This document shows, piece by piece, positions 27,367 to 35,031 of a stretch of 64,000 nucleotides of DNA. The position numbers were made by a program, and so were the translations under genes. Source of the DNA: Acidimicrobiia bacterium. Lineage in GTDB: Bacteria; Actinomycetota; Acidimicrobiia; IMCC26256; JAENVU01. Under the pieces are notes generated by a model, which worked only from the letters and a program-made list of their open reading frames with translations, searched no databases and was not told where the DNA came from. The stretch spans positions 21,799 through 85,798 of the forward strand of contig DASXYP010000031.1 of assembly GCA_036502405.1 (NCBI GenBank), given 5' to 3'. The number at the start of each line of letters is the position of its first letter. Within the stretch, counting starts at the first letter, position 1.

Positions 27367-27933
27367 CTAACGCAGGGCTTCGTAGATGAGCAGCACGCCG
27401 AACCCGACGAAGGCGAGGCTTGCTCCGATCCGTATGGCCCGCTCGGGGAGATGCGCACCGAGCTGCTTGCCGACGACGATCGCAAGTGCATCGGCCACGA
27501 TCATGCCGAGCGTCGAACCCAGCCACGTGCCGAACAGCCCGTTCGTGGTCGCGAGCGTGATGGTCGCAAGCATCGTCTTGTCGCCGAGCTCCGCGAGGAA
27601 GAACGCGACCGATGCGGCCACGACCGCAGAGCGCGTCGTCCGCTCGGCCCTGCCCGCCTCGTCCTCGTCCAATGTGTCGCCCCGGAACGTCCACGCCGCG
27701 AAGGCCAAGAACGCGACGCCGGCCACGAGCTTGATGACCTGGGTGGGGATGGATGCGCCGACCAAGGCGCCGACGACGACCGAGAACGCGTGCACCACCG
27801 CGGTGGCGATCGCGATGCCGATGAGCACCGGGAGCGCCTTGTACCGGGCCGAGAAGGTGAGCGCCATGAGCTGGCTCTTGTCGCCCAGCTCCGCGACGAA
27901 GATCACGCCGAAGCTGACCAGGAACGCTTCCAC
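27367..27933 (-). CDS. UPF0016 / GDT1-TMEM165 family cation (Mn2+/Ca2+) transporter
   Basis: From ORF 27367..28002, started at GTG 27933 (VEAFLVSFGVIFVAELGDKSQL...). The family E-x-G-D-K-[ST] motif occurs twice (ELGDKS, ELGDKT). GGAGAGGA lies 10 nt upstream of the start. Confidence 0.85.
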   Translation of the reverse strand: MEAFLVSFGVIFVAELGDKSQLMALTFSARYKALPVLIGIAIATAVVHAFSVVVGALVGASIPTQVIKLVAGVAFLAFAAWTFRGDTLDEDEAGRAERTTRSAVVAASVAFFLAELGDKTMLATITLATTNGLFGTWLGSTLGMIVADALAIVVGKQLGAHLPERAIRIGASLAFVGFGVLLIYEALR

Positions 27934-28021
27934 GCGGGCTGTGTCCTCTCCGCCCGGAAGGAGAACACCGACCCCGGGGAGCCCGCGACCTCGACCGGGC
28001 AACCGTCAACGGATGCCGGGC

Positions 28022-28113
28022 CGAAGGTCTCGTCCATCCGCTGACGCGGACCTGGGGGCCGGGGCTCATCGCCCAGCGTGTCGACCACCCAGCGTTGGGA
28101 CTACTCCCCTTCG
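28022..28113 (-). promoter_or_regulatory. yybP-ykoY (Mn2+-sensing) riboswitch aptamer in the 5' leader of the UPF0016 gene
   Basis: The minus-strand RNA reads CGAAGGGGAGUAGUCCCAACGCUGGGUGGUCGACACGCUGGGCGAUGAGCCCCGGCCCCCAGGUCCGCGUCAGCGGAUGGACGAGACCUUCG. It carries the hallmark 5' GGGGAGUAG and 3' ACGAGACC elements. These are closed by a P1 helix (CGAAGG/CCUUCG). Downstream, GUGUUCUCC (27968-27960) can pair with the RBS region GGAGAGGACAC (27951-27941). Confidence 0.75.
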
Positions 28114-28415
28114 CCGCCCGCAGCGTACCGCCGGCTCGCGATGTGGTGGCAGCCCGGCAGCCCCTCACGCGTCTCTCATCGGTCGGGGCGCAGGGTCCAC
28201 GGGAGTCGCCTGTCCGCCAGGCCCCCCAGCCTCTCCTCGGCAGGTCGACCGCGTGAGACCCTGGCCCGCCCCGAGCCGGGGTCTCATCGCGCCACTGCTG
28301 GTCAGTGATGTCGGCGAGTGGGCGCGCCACCCGCAGCCGAAGCCCGACGTCCAATTGCCCGCGCCGTAGCTGCAGGGCCATCCGTCCTGCTCGGGAGCGG
28401 GCCTACGCTGTCCGG

Positions 28416-28685
28416 ATGGGACAGGAAGGGCACGGACCGGTCCAGGTGCCGCAGGTTCCGGCCGCGCCGGAGCCGACGGTCGCCGAGCAGGGGGAGACCG
28501 CCACGGACGGCGAGCACGCGCAGGTCGACGACGCACGCGGCCAGGAGCGGCACTTCCCGGGCAAGGACTTCGACCTGACCCAGACCCTCAACGCGAGCGG
28601 CGAGATGGAGTGGTCGGTGCTGCTCTACCGGCACCCGGCCGAGAAGCCCGAGCCGGTGCGGGACGAGAGCGGCCAGGCTCCCTGA
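28416..28685 (+). CDS. hypothetical small acidic protein (89 aa)
   Basis: ATG 28416 inside ORF 28305..28685 (MGQEGHGPVQVPQVPAAPEPTVAEQGETATDGEHAQVDD...FDLTQTLNASGEMEWSVLLYRHPAEKPEP...). GC3 is strongly biased from this ATG onward. I recognise no family. Confidence 0.4.
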   Translation: MGQEGHGPVQVPQVPAAPEPTVAEQGETATDGEHAQVDDARGQERHFPGKDFDLTQTLNASGEMEWSVLLYRHPAEKPEPVRDESGQAP

Positions 28686-28841
28686 ACGGGTACGCGGGTG
28701 GCCTTCGCGCTCCTCGCGGCCGGCGCGGTCGCCGGCGTCTCGCGGTCGTGATGCGCTGAGCCCGACCGGTGCACGCTCGCGCCGCGCGCGCTCGCGAGGC
28801 GCGCGGTCGGCAAACGTCGCGGCCGGGGGTAGCCTCCACGG

Positions 28842-29627
28842 ATGCAACCCTTCGAGCGTCTGCGGTACCTGGCGCGATGGTCGGAGGACGACGGACCCGA
28901 GCTGCTGAGCGAGGCGGCCGACTGCCTCGCCGCGTTCGGTGGTGATCCCGCGGGGCTCGTCGTGGCGTGCCGTCGCCTGCTGGCGCACCACCCGTCGTCG
29001 GCATCGCTGTGGTGGCTCTGCTCCCAGGTCCTCGCGGCACCGGACGCGGTCGACGCGTCGTGGTCGGCGTGGCAGACGTACACCGACGACGCGACGCCGG
29101 GTCGCCTCGTCTCCGCGCTCCCCTTTCCCCACGACGATCCCGTCGCGGTGCTGGGGTGGCCGGATGTGATCGCGAGCGGGCTGGCGGAGCGCCCCGACCT
29201 CGACGTGGTCGCGGTGCGCCTGCGCGGCCGGGGCGACGAGCTCTCCCGCCGGCTGCGCCGCGCCGAGCAACCGGTCCGCGTCGTCGCGGAGCCGGAGCTC
29301 CTCACCCTCGAGCCCTCGCACCTGCTCATCGAGACGTCGGCGGCAGGCGGCGGCTCGGCGATCGTCCCGTTCGGCGCGATCGACCTCGCGGCGGCGGCCC
29401 GCGCCCACGACACGAAGGTCTGGCTCGTCGCGCCAATGGGGCGGGTCCTGCCCGAGCGGCTCTTCCAGTCCCTGCTCCGCTCGATCGGCGACGACGACGA
29501 CACCGAGCTGATCGAGGCCGACGCGGTCGACCTCGTGGTCGGTCCGACCGGTCTGGACCCGGCCGGCGCGTTCACCCGTCGGATGGACTGCGCGGTCGCG
29601 CCGGAGCTGCTCCGACTCGCGGGATGA
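28842..29627 (+). CDS. hypothetical protein; possibly remote eIF-2B / sugar-phosphate-isomerase-like fold
   Basis: 261 aa with good GC3. It has a helical N-terminal part, then a segment (VAVRLRGRGDELSRRLRRAEQPVRVVAEPELL...LLIETSAAGGGSAIVPFGAIDLAAAARAHDTKVWLVAP) reminiscent of the IF-2B family Rossmann core. The similarity is weak and judged by eye only. Confidence 0.45.
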   Translation: MQPFERLRYLARWSEDDGPELLSEAADCLAAFGGDPAGLVVACRRLLAHHPSSASLWWLCSQVLAAPDAVDASWSAWQTYTDDATPGRLVSALPFPHDDPVAVLGWPDVIASGLAERPDLDVVAVRLRGRGDELSRRLRRAEQPVRVVAEPELLTLEPSHLLIETSAAGGGSAIVPFGAIDLAAAARAHDTKVWLVAPMGRVLPERLFQSLLRSIGDDDDTELIEADAVDLVVGPTGLDPAGAFTRRMDCAVAPELLRLAG

Positions 29628-29657
29628 TCCGCGCCGCGCGCGCTGCGGCTCGATAGC

Positions 29658-29843
29658 GTGCACGGTGACATGTACTTCTCGTCGGTGACCCAGCCCGGCC
29701 AGGATCCGATCCCGGCGCCCGAGCCCACCTGCGACCTGTCGACCGTCTGCCTCGCGTGCGGAGCGCAGATGCGCGAGGAGCACGCGCACTACCGGTGCCC
29801 GGCGTGCGGCTGGCGCGACTCCTGCTGCGACGGCCCTTACTGA
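29658..29843 (+). CDS. small zinc-ribbon protein (61 aa or shorter)
   Basis: Two CxxC pairs are present (CLACGAQ...YRCPACGW) plus a C-terminal CC. GC3 is high. An alternative start is ATG 29670 (MYFSS...). The 3' end overlaps the convergent fxsA stop by 7 nt. Confidence 0.45.
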   Translation: MHGDMYFSSVTQPGQDPIPAPEPTCDLSTVCLACGAQMREEHAHYRCPACGWRDSCCDGPY

Positions 29844-30340
29844 TCGACCGGCCCGCCTGGACCGCCCGGCGACGAGGGCGGCAGTGGGCGGCGCACGGGG
29901 GGCAGGACCTCGGGTGCGTCGGTCGGAACGGCGGCCCCGCCCTGGCCGCGCGTGTTCACGACCTTCACGACGCGGTTCGCGACCCGCACCGAGAAGCGAC
30001 GCCGAACCAGCGCCCGCACGAAGGCGCGCACCGGCGGTAGCAGGAGGAGCAGCCCGATGATGCTGCTGATGAACCCGGGGAGGATCAGCAGCACTCCGGC
30101 GACGAGGATCACGAGGCCGTCGACGAGCTCGGCCGCGGGCACGACCCCGGCGCGCAGCTGGGCGCGCACCTTCCGGTACACGCCGATGCCCTGGTACCGG
30201 ACGATCAGCACACCACCGGCCGAGATGAGCAGGAGGAGCAGGATCGAGTCCGGGTAGCCGATCCAGTGGGCCACCTGTACGAACACCGCGAGCTCCACGA
30301 GCGGCGCCACCACGAACAGGAGGATGAGCACGAGACCCAC
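29837..30340 (-). CDS. fxsA: FxsA family cytoplasmic membrane protein
   Basis: This is the distal part of ORF 29837..31078, started at GTG 30340 (VGLVLILLFVVAPLVELAVFVQVAHWIGYP...LLILPGFISSIIGLLLLLPPVR...). It has a Pro/Gly-rich C-terminal tail. Confidence 0.8.
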   Translation of the reverse strand: MGLVLILLFVVAPLVELAVFVQVAHWIGYPDSILLLLLISAGGVLIVRYQGIGVYRKVRAQLRAGVVPAAELVDGLVILVAGVLLILPGFISSIIGLLLLLPPVRAFVRALVRRRFSVRVANRVVKVVNTRGQGGAAVPTDAPEVLPPVRRPLPPSSPGGPGGPVDQ

Positions 30341-30369
30341 GTGGCCATGGTACCGGGGCGGGCTCCCGG

Positions 30370-31536
30370 TCAGGCCTCGAGGTAGAGCCTCCGCTCGGGG
30401 TCGTTGACGGCCAGGGCCTGGTCCGTGCGCAGGTCCTCGATGCGGTCGAGCTGGCGTTCCAGCTGGCGGCGACGGGTGCCCGAGAGCTGGTCGAACGCGG
30501 CCGACGTGCTCTCGAGGCGCTTGCCGAGCGTGTCCATCTGCCCGACGAACCCCTCCCACTGCTTGCCGAACGATGCGAGCACCTCGAGGATCTCGTTGGT
30601 GGTGCGCTCGAGCCGGAAGCTGTCGACCGCCTGGCGGACGACCGCGAGGACCGCGAACAGGGTCAGCGGCGAGCACATGACGATCTTGTGGCCGAGCGCG
30701 TGCTCCAGGACCGCGGCGTCGTGCTCCTGGATGAACCCGTAGAGCTGCTCGTTCGGGATGAACAGCAGGACGCAGTCGACGGTCTCCGCGTCCGACGCGT
30801 TGTAGTCGCGCCCGGCGAGCTCCTTGACCTTCGCCCGCACGTCGCGCAGGAAGTCGTCCCGGTGGCGCCGCTGGTCGAGCTCGGACTCGGCGTCGAGGAA
30901 CTTCAGGTAGCTGTCGAGCGGGAACTTCACGTCCATGTAGAGCACGACGCCGCGCGGGAGCAGGAACGTGAAGTCGGGGATGCCGCGACCGCCCTCGACC
31001 GAGACCTGCTTGCGATACTGGATGCCCTCGACGAAGCCCGCGAGTTCCAGGACGTCCTCGGCCATGCGCTCGCCCCACTGGCCCCGGGCCTTGCTGCTCG
31101 ACAGCGCCTCGCGCAGGCCCTGGGTGGTCCGGGTGAGCTCGGCGACGCCGTCGCGCTGCTGACGCAGGACCCCGGTCAGCACGTCGATCTTCGCCCCGCG
31201 CTGGGCCTCGAACTCGGCCAGCAGGTCGGTGACCCTCCCCAGCTCCTGGTTCATCGCCTCGAGTCGCGCGTCGATCAGGACGCGCTTGCCGTCGAGCTCC
31301 GTCGTCGAACGCTCGCGCTCGGTCTCCATGAGCGCCTTGTTCGCGTCGAGCAGCTGCGCGAGCACGGCGCCGCTCTGCTCGGCGGCGGCCAGTCCGGCCT
31401 CGCGGGCGATCGTGGCACCGTCGGGCCCGGACACCGCGGCACGACGGGACGCGGGCCCCGCGACCGCGACCGCCGCGGCGATCCCGACGATGAGGACGAA
31501 CAGGACGATGAGCACGGTGACTGCATCCATGCCCAC
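30370..31536 (-). CDS. rmuC: DNA recombination protein RmuC
   Basis: 388 aa with an N-terminal TM segment, a long coiled-coil and a C-terminal RmuC nuclease-like core (...IPDFTFLLPRGVVLYMDVKFPLDSY...LLFIPNEQLY...). The start is GTG 31536 or ATG 31530. Confidence 0.9.
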   Translation of the reverse strand: MGMDAVTVLIVLFVLIVGIAAAVAVAGPASRRAAVSGPDGATIAREAGLAAAEQSGAVLAQLLDANKALMETERERSTTELDGKRVLIDARLEAMNQELGRVTDLLAEFEAQRGAKIDVLTGVLRQQRDGVAELTRTTQGLREALSSSKARGQWGERMAEDVLELAGFVEGIQYRKQVSVEGGRGIPDFTFLLPRGVVLYMDVKFPLDSYLKFLDAESELDQRRHRDDFLRDVRAKVKELAGRDYNASDAETVDCVLLFIPNEQLYGFIQEHDAAVLEHALGHKIVMCSPLTLFAVLAVVRQAVDSFRLERTTNEILEVLASFGKQWEGFVGQMDTLGKRLESTSAAFDQLSGTRRRQLERQLDRIEDLRTDQALAVNDPERRLYLEA

Positions 31537-31588
31537 AGCGTGGCGGCAGGGTGGGACAGCTACGCAGGAACGCGGCCCGGCGGGCGGT

Positions 31589-32440
31589 TCAGGCCAGCCG
31601 GGTGAGCTCCACCGTCACGTCCAGGGCGTCGGCGCCACTGCCGTGGTAGAGGCCCTTGAGCGGCGGCACGTCGCCGTAGTCGCGCCCGTGCGCGACGACC
31701 ACGTGGCGCGGACCGACGTCACTGCCGCTGGTCGGGTCGAACGGAACCCACTCCCCCAGCCACGCCTCGATCCACGCGTGGCTCTCCCCCGCGATGACCG
31801 TCCCGACCGCCGCATCCGCATCCGCCGGGTGCAGGTACCCGGACGTGTAGCGGGCCGGGACGCCGAGGCTGCGCACGAGGGTGAGCGCAAGGTGAGCGAA
31901 GTCCTGGCACACGCCCCGTCGCGCGCGGAGCGCCTCGCGCGCGGTGGTGGTCACGGTGGTCGAACCCGGCTCGTACTCCATGTGCTCGTGGATCCATCCG
32001 CACACGCGCTCCACCGAGTCGCGCGGGGTCGCGCCGGGGCCGAGCTCGGCCCCGACGGCGAGCACGGGCTCGGCCGGCGCGGTGTAGGTGGTCGACGAGA
32101 GGAACTCGCACCATTGGTCCTGCACGTCCTCCGAGCGCAGGTCGGCCCAGGTGATCGCCGGCGGCGGCCGGTCTCCGTCCAATCCGGTCTCCACCACCGA
32201 CGAGCCGGACACTGACAGCTCGCGGTGCACGCGGTTGAGGTCGAAGGAGTGGACCCAGGTGCCCCAGTAGTCGCGGTACCGGGTCAACGCCGCGCCCGGT
32301 CGCACGTCGATGCGGTGCTCGGTCACCCGCTGTGACGCGGTGTCCGCCGGCGTGAGCCGCGCTTCGTTGTACGACGCGTGCACGTCGCCGCGGTAGCGGT
32401 ACCCGGTGTGGTGCACGACGCGGAGTCGCCAGCCCGTCAT
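31589..32440 (-). CDS. transglutaminase-family protein (bacterial transglutaminase N-domain plus transglutaminase core)
   Basis: This is the distal 283 codons of ORF 31589..33259 (MTGWRLRVVHHTGYRYRGDVHASYNEARLTP...). The catalytic triad contexts are intact: RRGVCQDFAHL (Cys), GESHAWIEAW (His) and PFDPT (Asp). It overlaps the alpha-E gene stop (ATGA). Confidence 0.9.
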   Translation of the reverse strand: MTGWRLRVVHHTGYRYRGDVHASYNEARLTPADTASQRVTEHRIDVRPGAALTRYRDYWGTWVHSFDLNRVHRELSVSGSSVVETGLDGDRPPPAITWADLRSEDVQDQWCEFLSSTTYTAPAEPVLAVGAELGPGATPRDSVERVCGWIHEHMEYEPGSTTVTTTAREALRARRGVCQDFAHLALTLVRSLGVPARYTSGYLHPADADAAVGTVIAGESHAWIEAWLGEWVPFDPTSGSDVGPRHVVVAHGRDYGDVPPLKGLYHGSGADALDVTVELTRLA

Positions 32441-33369
32441 GCGGTCCACTTGATGGCGCGGGAGTCGAGGAAGTACCGGTTCGTCACCGAGTCGTGGACG
32501 TCGCCGGTCGCGGCCTGCAGCGACTCCAGGAGCTCCGGCAGGTCCGCGGCCGCGTCGCTCACCCGTAGGAAGCTGAGCTCGGCGTGGCAGCGGCCGACGA
32601 TCCGGCGGGCGTCGTCGTCCAACCCGGTCCGTCCGGCCCGCGGGTCGAGCTCGCCGAGCGCGCGTTGCGCCGCGGTGAGCGCATGGAGCACCGACCGGGG
32701 AAACAGCCGGTCGAGCAGGAGGAACTCGAGAGCCGATGAAGCGTCGACGCCGTGGCGGTACGTGCGGAGGTACGCCTCGTACGCGGAGCAGCACCGCAGG
32801 GTGGTGGCCCAGACCGTGGGGCCCCAGGTCTCGGTGTAGCGCGCGGACAGGAGCCGGGCAGTCATGTCGACCCGCTCGAGGTTGCGCCCGAGCACGAGGA
32901 ACGACCAGCCCTCGTCGCGGCTGAGGGTCGAGTCGGCCAGCCCGGCGAGCATCGCCGCCCGCTCCTTCACCCACCGGAAGAAGTCGTGCGGGGTGCGCCC
33001 GGCGACGAGCCGCGCCTGGTTCGCCAGCTGGTGGTGGGTCGTGTTCAGCGACTCCCACATCTCCGACGAGATCGCCTCGCGGGCGCCGCGCGCGTTCTCC
33101 CACGCCGCGGTCAGTGACGACGTGATCGACGCGGGGTTCCGCGGGTCGAAGGAAAGGAACTCCGCGACGCCGTCCGCGTTCGTCGCGGCGATCAGCGCGT
33201 CCGGGTCGTCGCCCATCGCCCGGAGGAGCCCTGCGCAGGCCGACGCCTCGTCGGCCCACCGGTCCTCGAGCAGGTGGTGGTAGTGCACGTCGAGCAGCCG
33301 CGCGGTGTCCTCGGCGCGCTCCGTGTACCGGCCGATCCAGTACAGCGACTCCGCGATCCGGCTCAGCAC
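32437..33369 (-). CDS. alpha-E domain protein
   Basis: From ORF 32437..33537, started at GTG 33369 (VLSRIAESLYWIGRYTERAEDTARLLDVHY...). A second conserved ER motif is present (LGRNLERVDMTARLL). The start lies 16 nt downstream of the ATP-grasp stop. Confidence 0.9.
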   Translation of the reverse strand: MLSRIAESLYWIGRYTERAEDTARLLDVHYHHLLEDRWADEASACAGLLRAMGDDPDALIAATNADGVAEFLSFDPRNPASITSSLTAAWENARGAREAISSEMWESLNTTHHQLANQARLVAGRTPHDFFRWVKERAAMLAGLADSTLSRDEGWSFLVLGRNLERVDMTARLLSARYTETWGPTVWATTLRCCSAYEAYLRTYRHGVDASSALEFLLLDRLFPRSVLHALTAAQRALGELDPRAGRTGLDDDARRIVGRCHAELSFLRVSDAAADLPELLESLQAATGDVHDSVTNRYFLDSRAIKWTA

Positions 33370-33385
33370 GAGGTCACCACCGCGG

Positions 33386-34924
33386 TCACTGCTGCTGCCC
33401 CTGGGCCTGCACGGGTCCCCGGTCTGGTGCGCGCAGCGGCGCGTCCGCCACCGGCGCCGCCGGAGTCGCGGGATCCGGCACCGGCTCCGGACCATCGGAC
33501 GAGCCGGCCAGCACCCAGGTGTCCTTCGAACCGCCACCCTGGCTCGAGTTCACCACGAGGCTCCCCTCGGGCAGCGCGACGCGCGTCAGGCCCCCGGGCG
33601 CAACCCACACCCGCTCCCCGTCGTTGATCGCGAAGGGCCGGAGGTCGAGGTGGCGCGGTCCCATCGCGTCGTCGACGTAGGTCGGTGCAGTGGACAGCGC
33701 GACCGGCTCCTGCGCGATCCAGCCGCGGGGGTTGCGGCGGATGCTTCGGGCGAGCTCGGTCAGCGTCTCGTCGTCCGCCTGCGGCCCGATGACGAGCCCG
33801 TGCCCGCCCGAGCCGTCGACGGGCTTCACCACGAGTCGGTCGAGCCGCTCGAGCGCCCACGCGCATACGTCGGGCGACTCCAGGCGGAACGTCTCGACGT
33901 TCGCGAGGACGGGCTCCTCGCCCAGGTAGTAGCGCACCATCTCCGGGACGTACGGGAACAGCGCCTTGTCGTCGCCCACGCCGTTGCCCACGGCGTTCGC
34001 GATCGTCACCGTCCCCGCGCGTGCCGCGTTCACGATGCCCGGGCAACCGAGAACGGAGTCGCCGCGGAAGTGCAGCGGGTCCAGGTAGTCGTCGTCGATG
34101 CGGCGGTACACGACGTCCACCCGCTGCATGCCCTCGGTGGTCCGCATGGCGACGAGATTGTCGTGGCAGACGAGGTCGCTGCCCTCGACCAGCTCGACGC
34201 CCATCTGGCGGGCCAGGAACGAGTGCTCGAAGTACGCGGCGTTGTGGACGCCGGGCGTCAGCACCACGACGACAGGGTTGTCGACCGGTGCGGTCGCCCG
34301 CAGCGCCTCGAGCAGGTGGGTCGGGTAGTCGGCCACCCGTCGGACCCGGTGGCTCGCGAACAGCTCGGGGAAGACACGGGTCATCGCCCGGCGGTTCTCG
34401 ATCACGTACGAGATCCCCGACGGGGTCCGCAGGTTGTCCTCCAGGACCCGGAACCGGCCCTCGCCGTCGCGCACGAGGTCGATGCCGGCGACGTGGACCC
34501 GCACTCCTCGCGGCGGCTCGATCCCCGCGGCGGCCCGCTCGAAGTTGGTCGAGGTGACGACCAGCCGCCGCGGGATGACGCCGTCGCGAAGGATCCGTCC
34601 CGGTCCGTACACGTCGGCCAGGAACGCCTCGAGCGCAAGCACCCGCTGGCGGACACCCTGCTCGATGGTGGCCCACTCGTCGGCGGGCAGGATGCGGGGC
34701 ACCAGGTCGAGCGGGAACGGCCGCTCCTCCCCTGAGAGCTGGAACGTGATGCCCGCGTCCCGGAACGCCCGGTCCCGCGCGTCGCAGCGCTCCTCGAAGT
34801 CCCGCCGGGACAGGGTCTGGAGGACGCCGCTCAGGGACGCGTAGTGCTCACGGGGCCGCACGTCCGCCGTGAACATCTCGTCGTAGGCGCCCGCGGTGCG
34901 ATAAGCGTCGAGCAGGTCCCCCAT
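33386..34924 (-). CDS. circularly permuted ATP-grasp type 2 protein (predicted amidoligase)
   Basis: 512 aa (MGDLLDAYRTAGAYDEMFTADVRPREHYASL...ITFQLSGEERPFPLDLVPRIL...VLEDNLRTPSGISYVIENR...VVKPVDGSGGHGLVIGP...VVNSSQGGGSKDTWVL). It ends in a roughly 45-aa Pro/Ala-rich tail terminating in QAQGQQQ. Confidence 0.9.
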   Translation of the reverse strand: MGDLLDAYRTAGAYDEMFTADVRPREHYASLSGVLQTLSRRDFEERCDARDRAFRDAGITFQLSGEERPFPLDLVPRILPADEWATIEQGVRQRVLALEAFLADVYGPGRILRDGVIPRRLVVTSTNFERAAAGIEPPRGVRVHVAGIDLVRDGEGRFRVLEDNLRTPSGISYVIENRRAMTRVFPELFASHRVRRVADYPTHLLEALRATAPVDNPVVVVLTPGVHNAAYFEHSFLARQMGVELVEGSDLVCHDNLVAMRTTEGMQRVDVVYRRIDDDYLDPLHFRGDSVLGCPGIVNAARAGTVTIANAVGNGVGDDKALFPYVPEMVRYYLGEEPVLANVETFRLESPDVCAWALERLDRLVVKPVDGSGGHGLVIGPQADDETLTELARSIRRNPRGWIAQEPVALSTAPTYVDDAMGPRHLDLRPFAINDGERVWVAPGGLTRVALPEGSLVVNSSQGGGSKDTWVLAGSSDGPEPVPDPATPAAPVADAPLRAPDRGPVQAQGQQQ

Positions 34925-35031
34925 CGCCCCCCGACGCTACGGACGCGACGTTTCGGCACTGTTTCGGGGGCGTGGCCGCCGGAGGGCGCGGCGCAGTCAC
35001 GATCCGGCAGCTGCCCGCCGGGGACCTTCGC

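Noticed and set aside
28254-28286. Inverted repeat TGAGACCC-N16-GGGTCTCA in the 290-nt untranslated stretch between the Mn riboswitch promoter region and the small ORF at 28416.
   Set aside because: It has only an 8-bp stem and no associated conserved motif. It could be a weak terminator or operator for either flanking transcript, and I cannot assign it.
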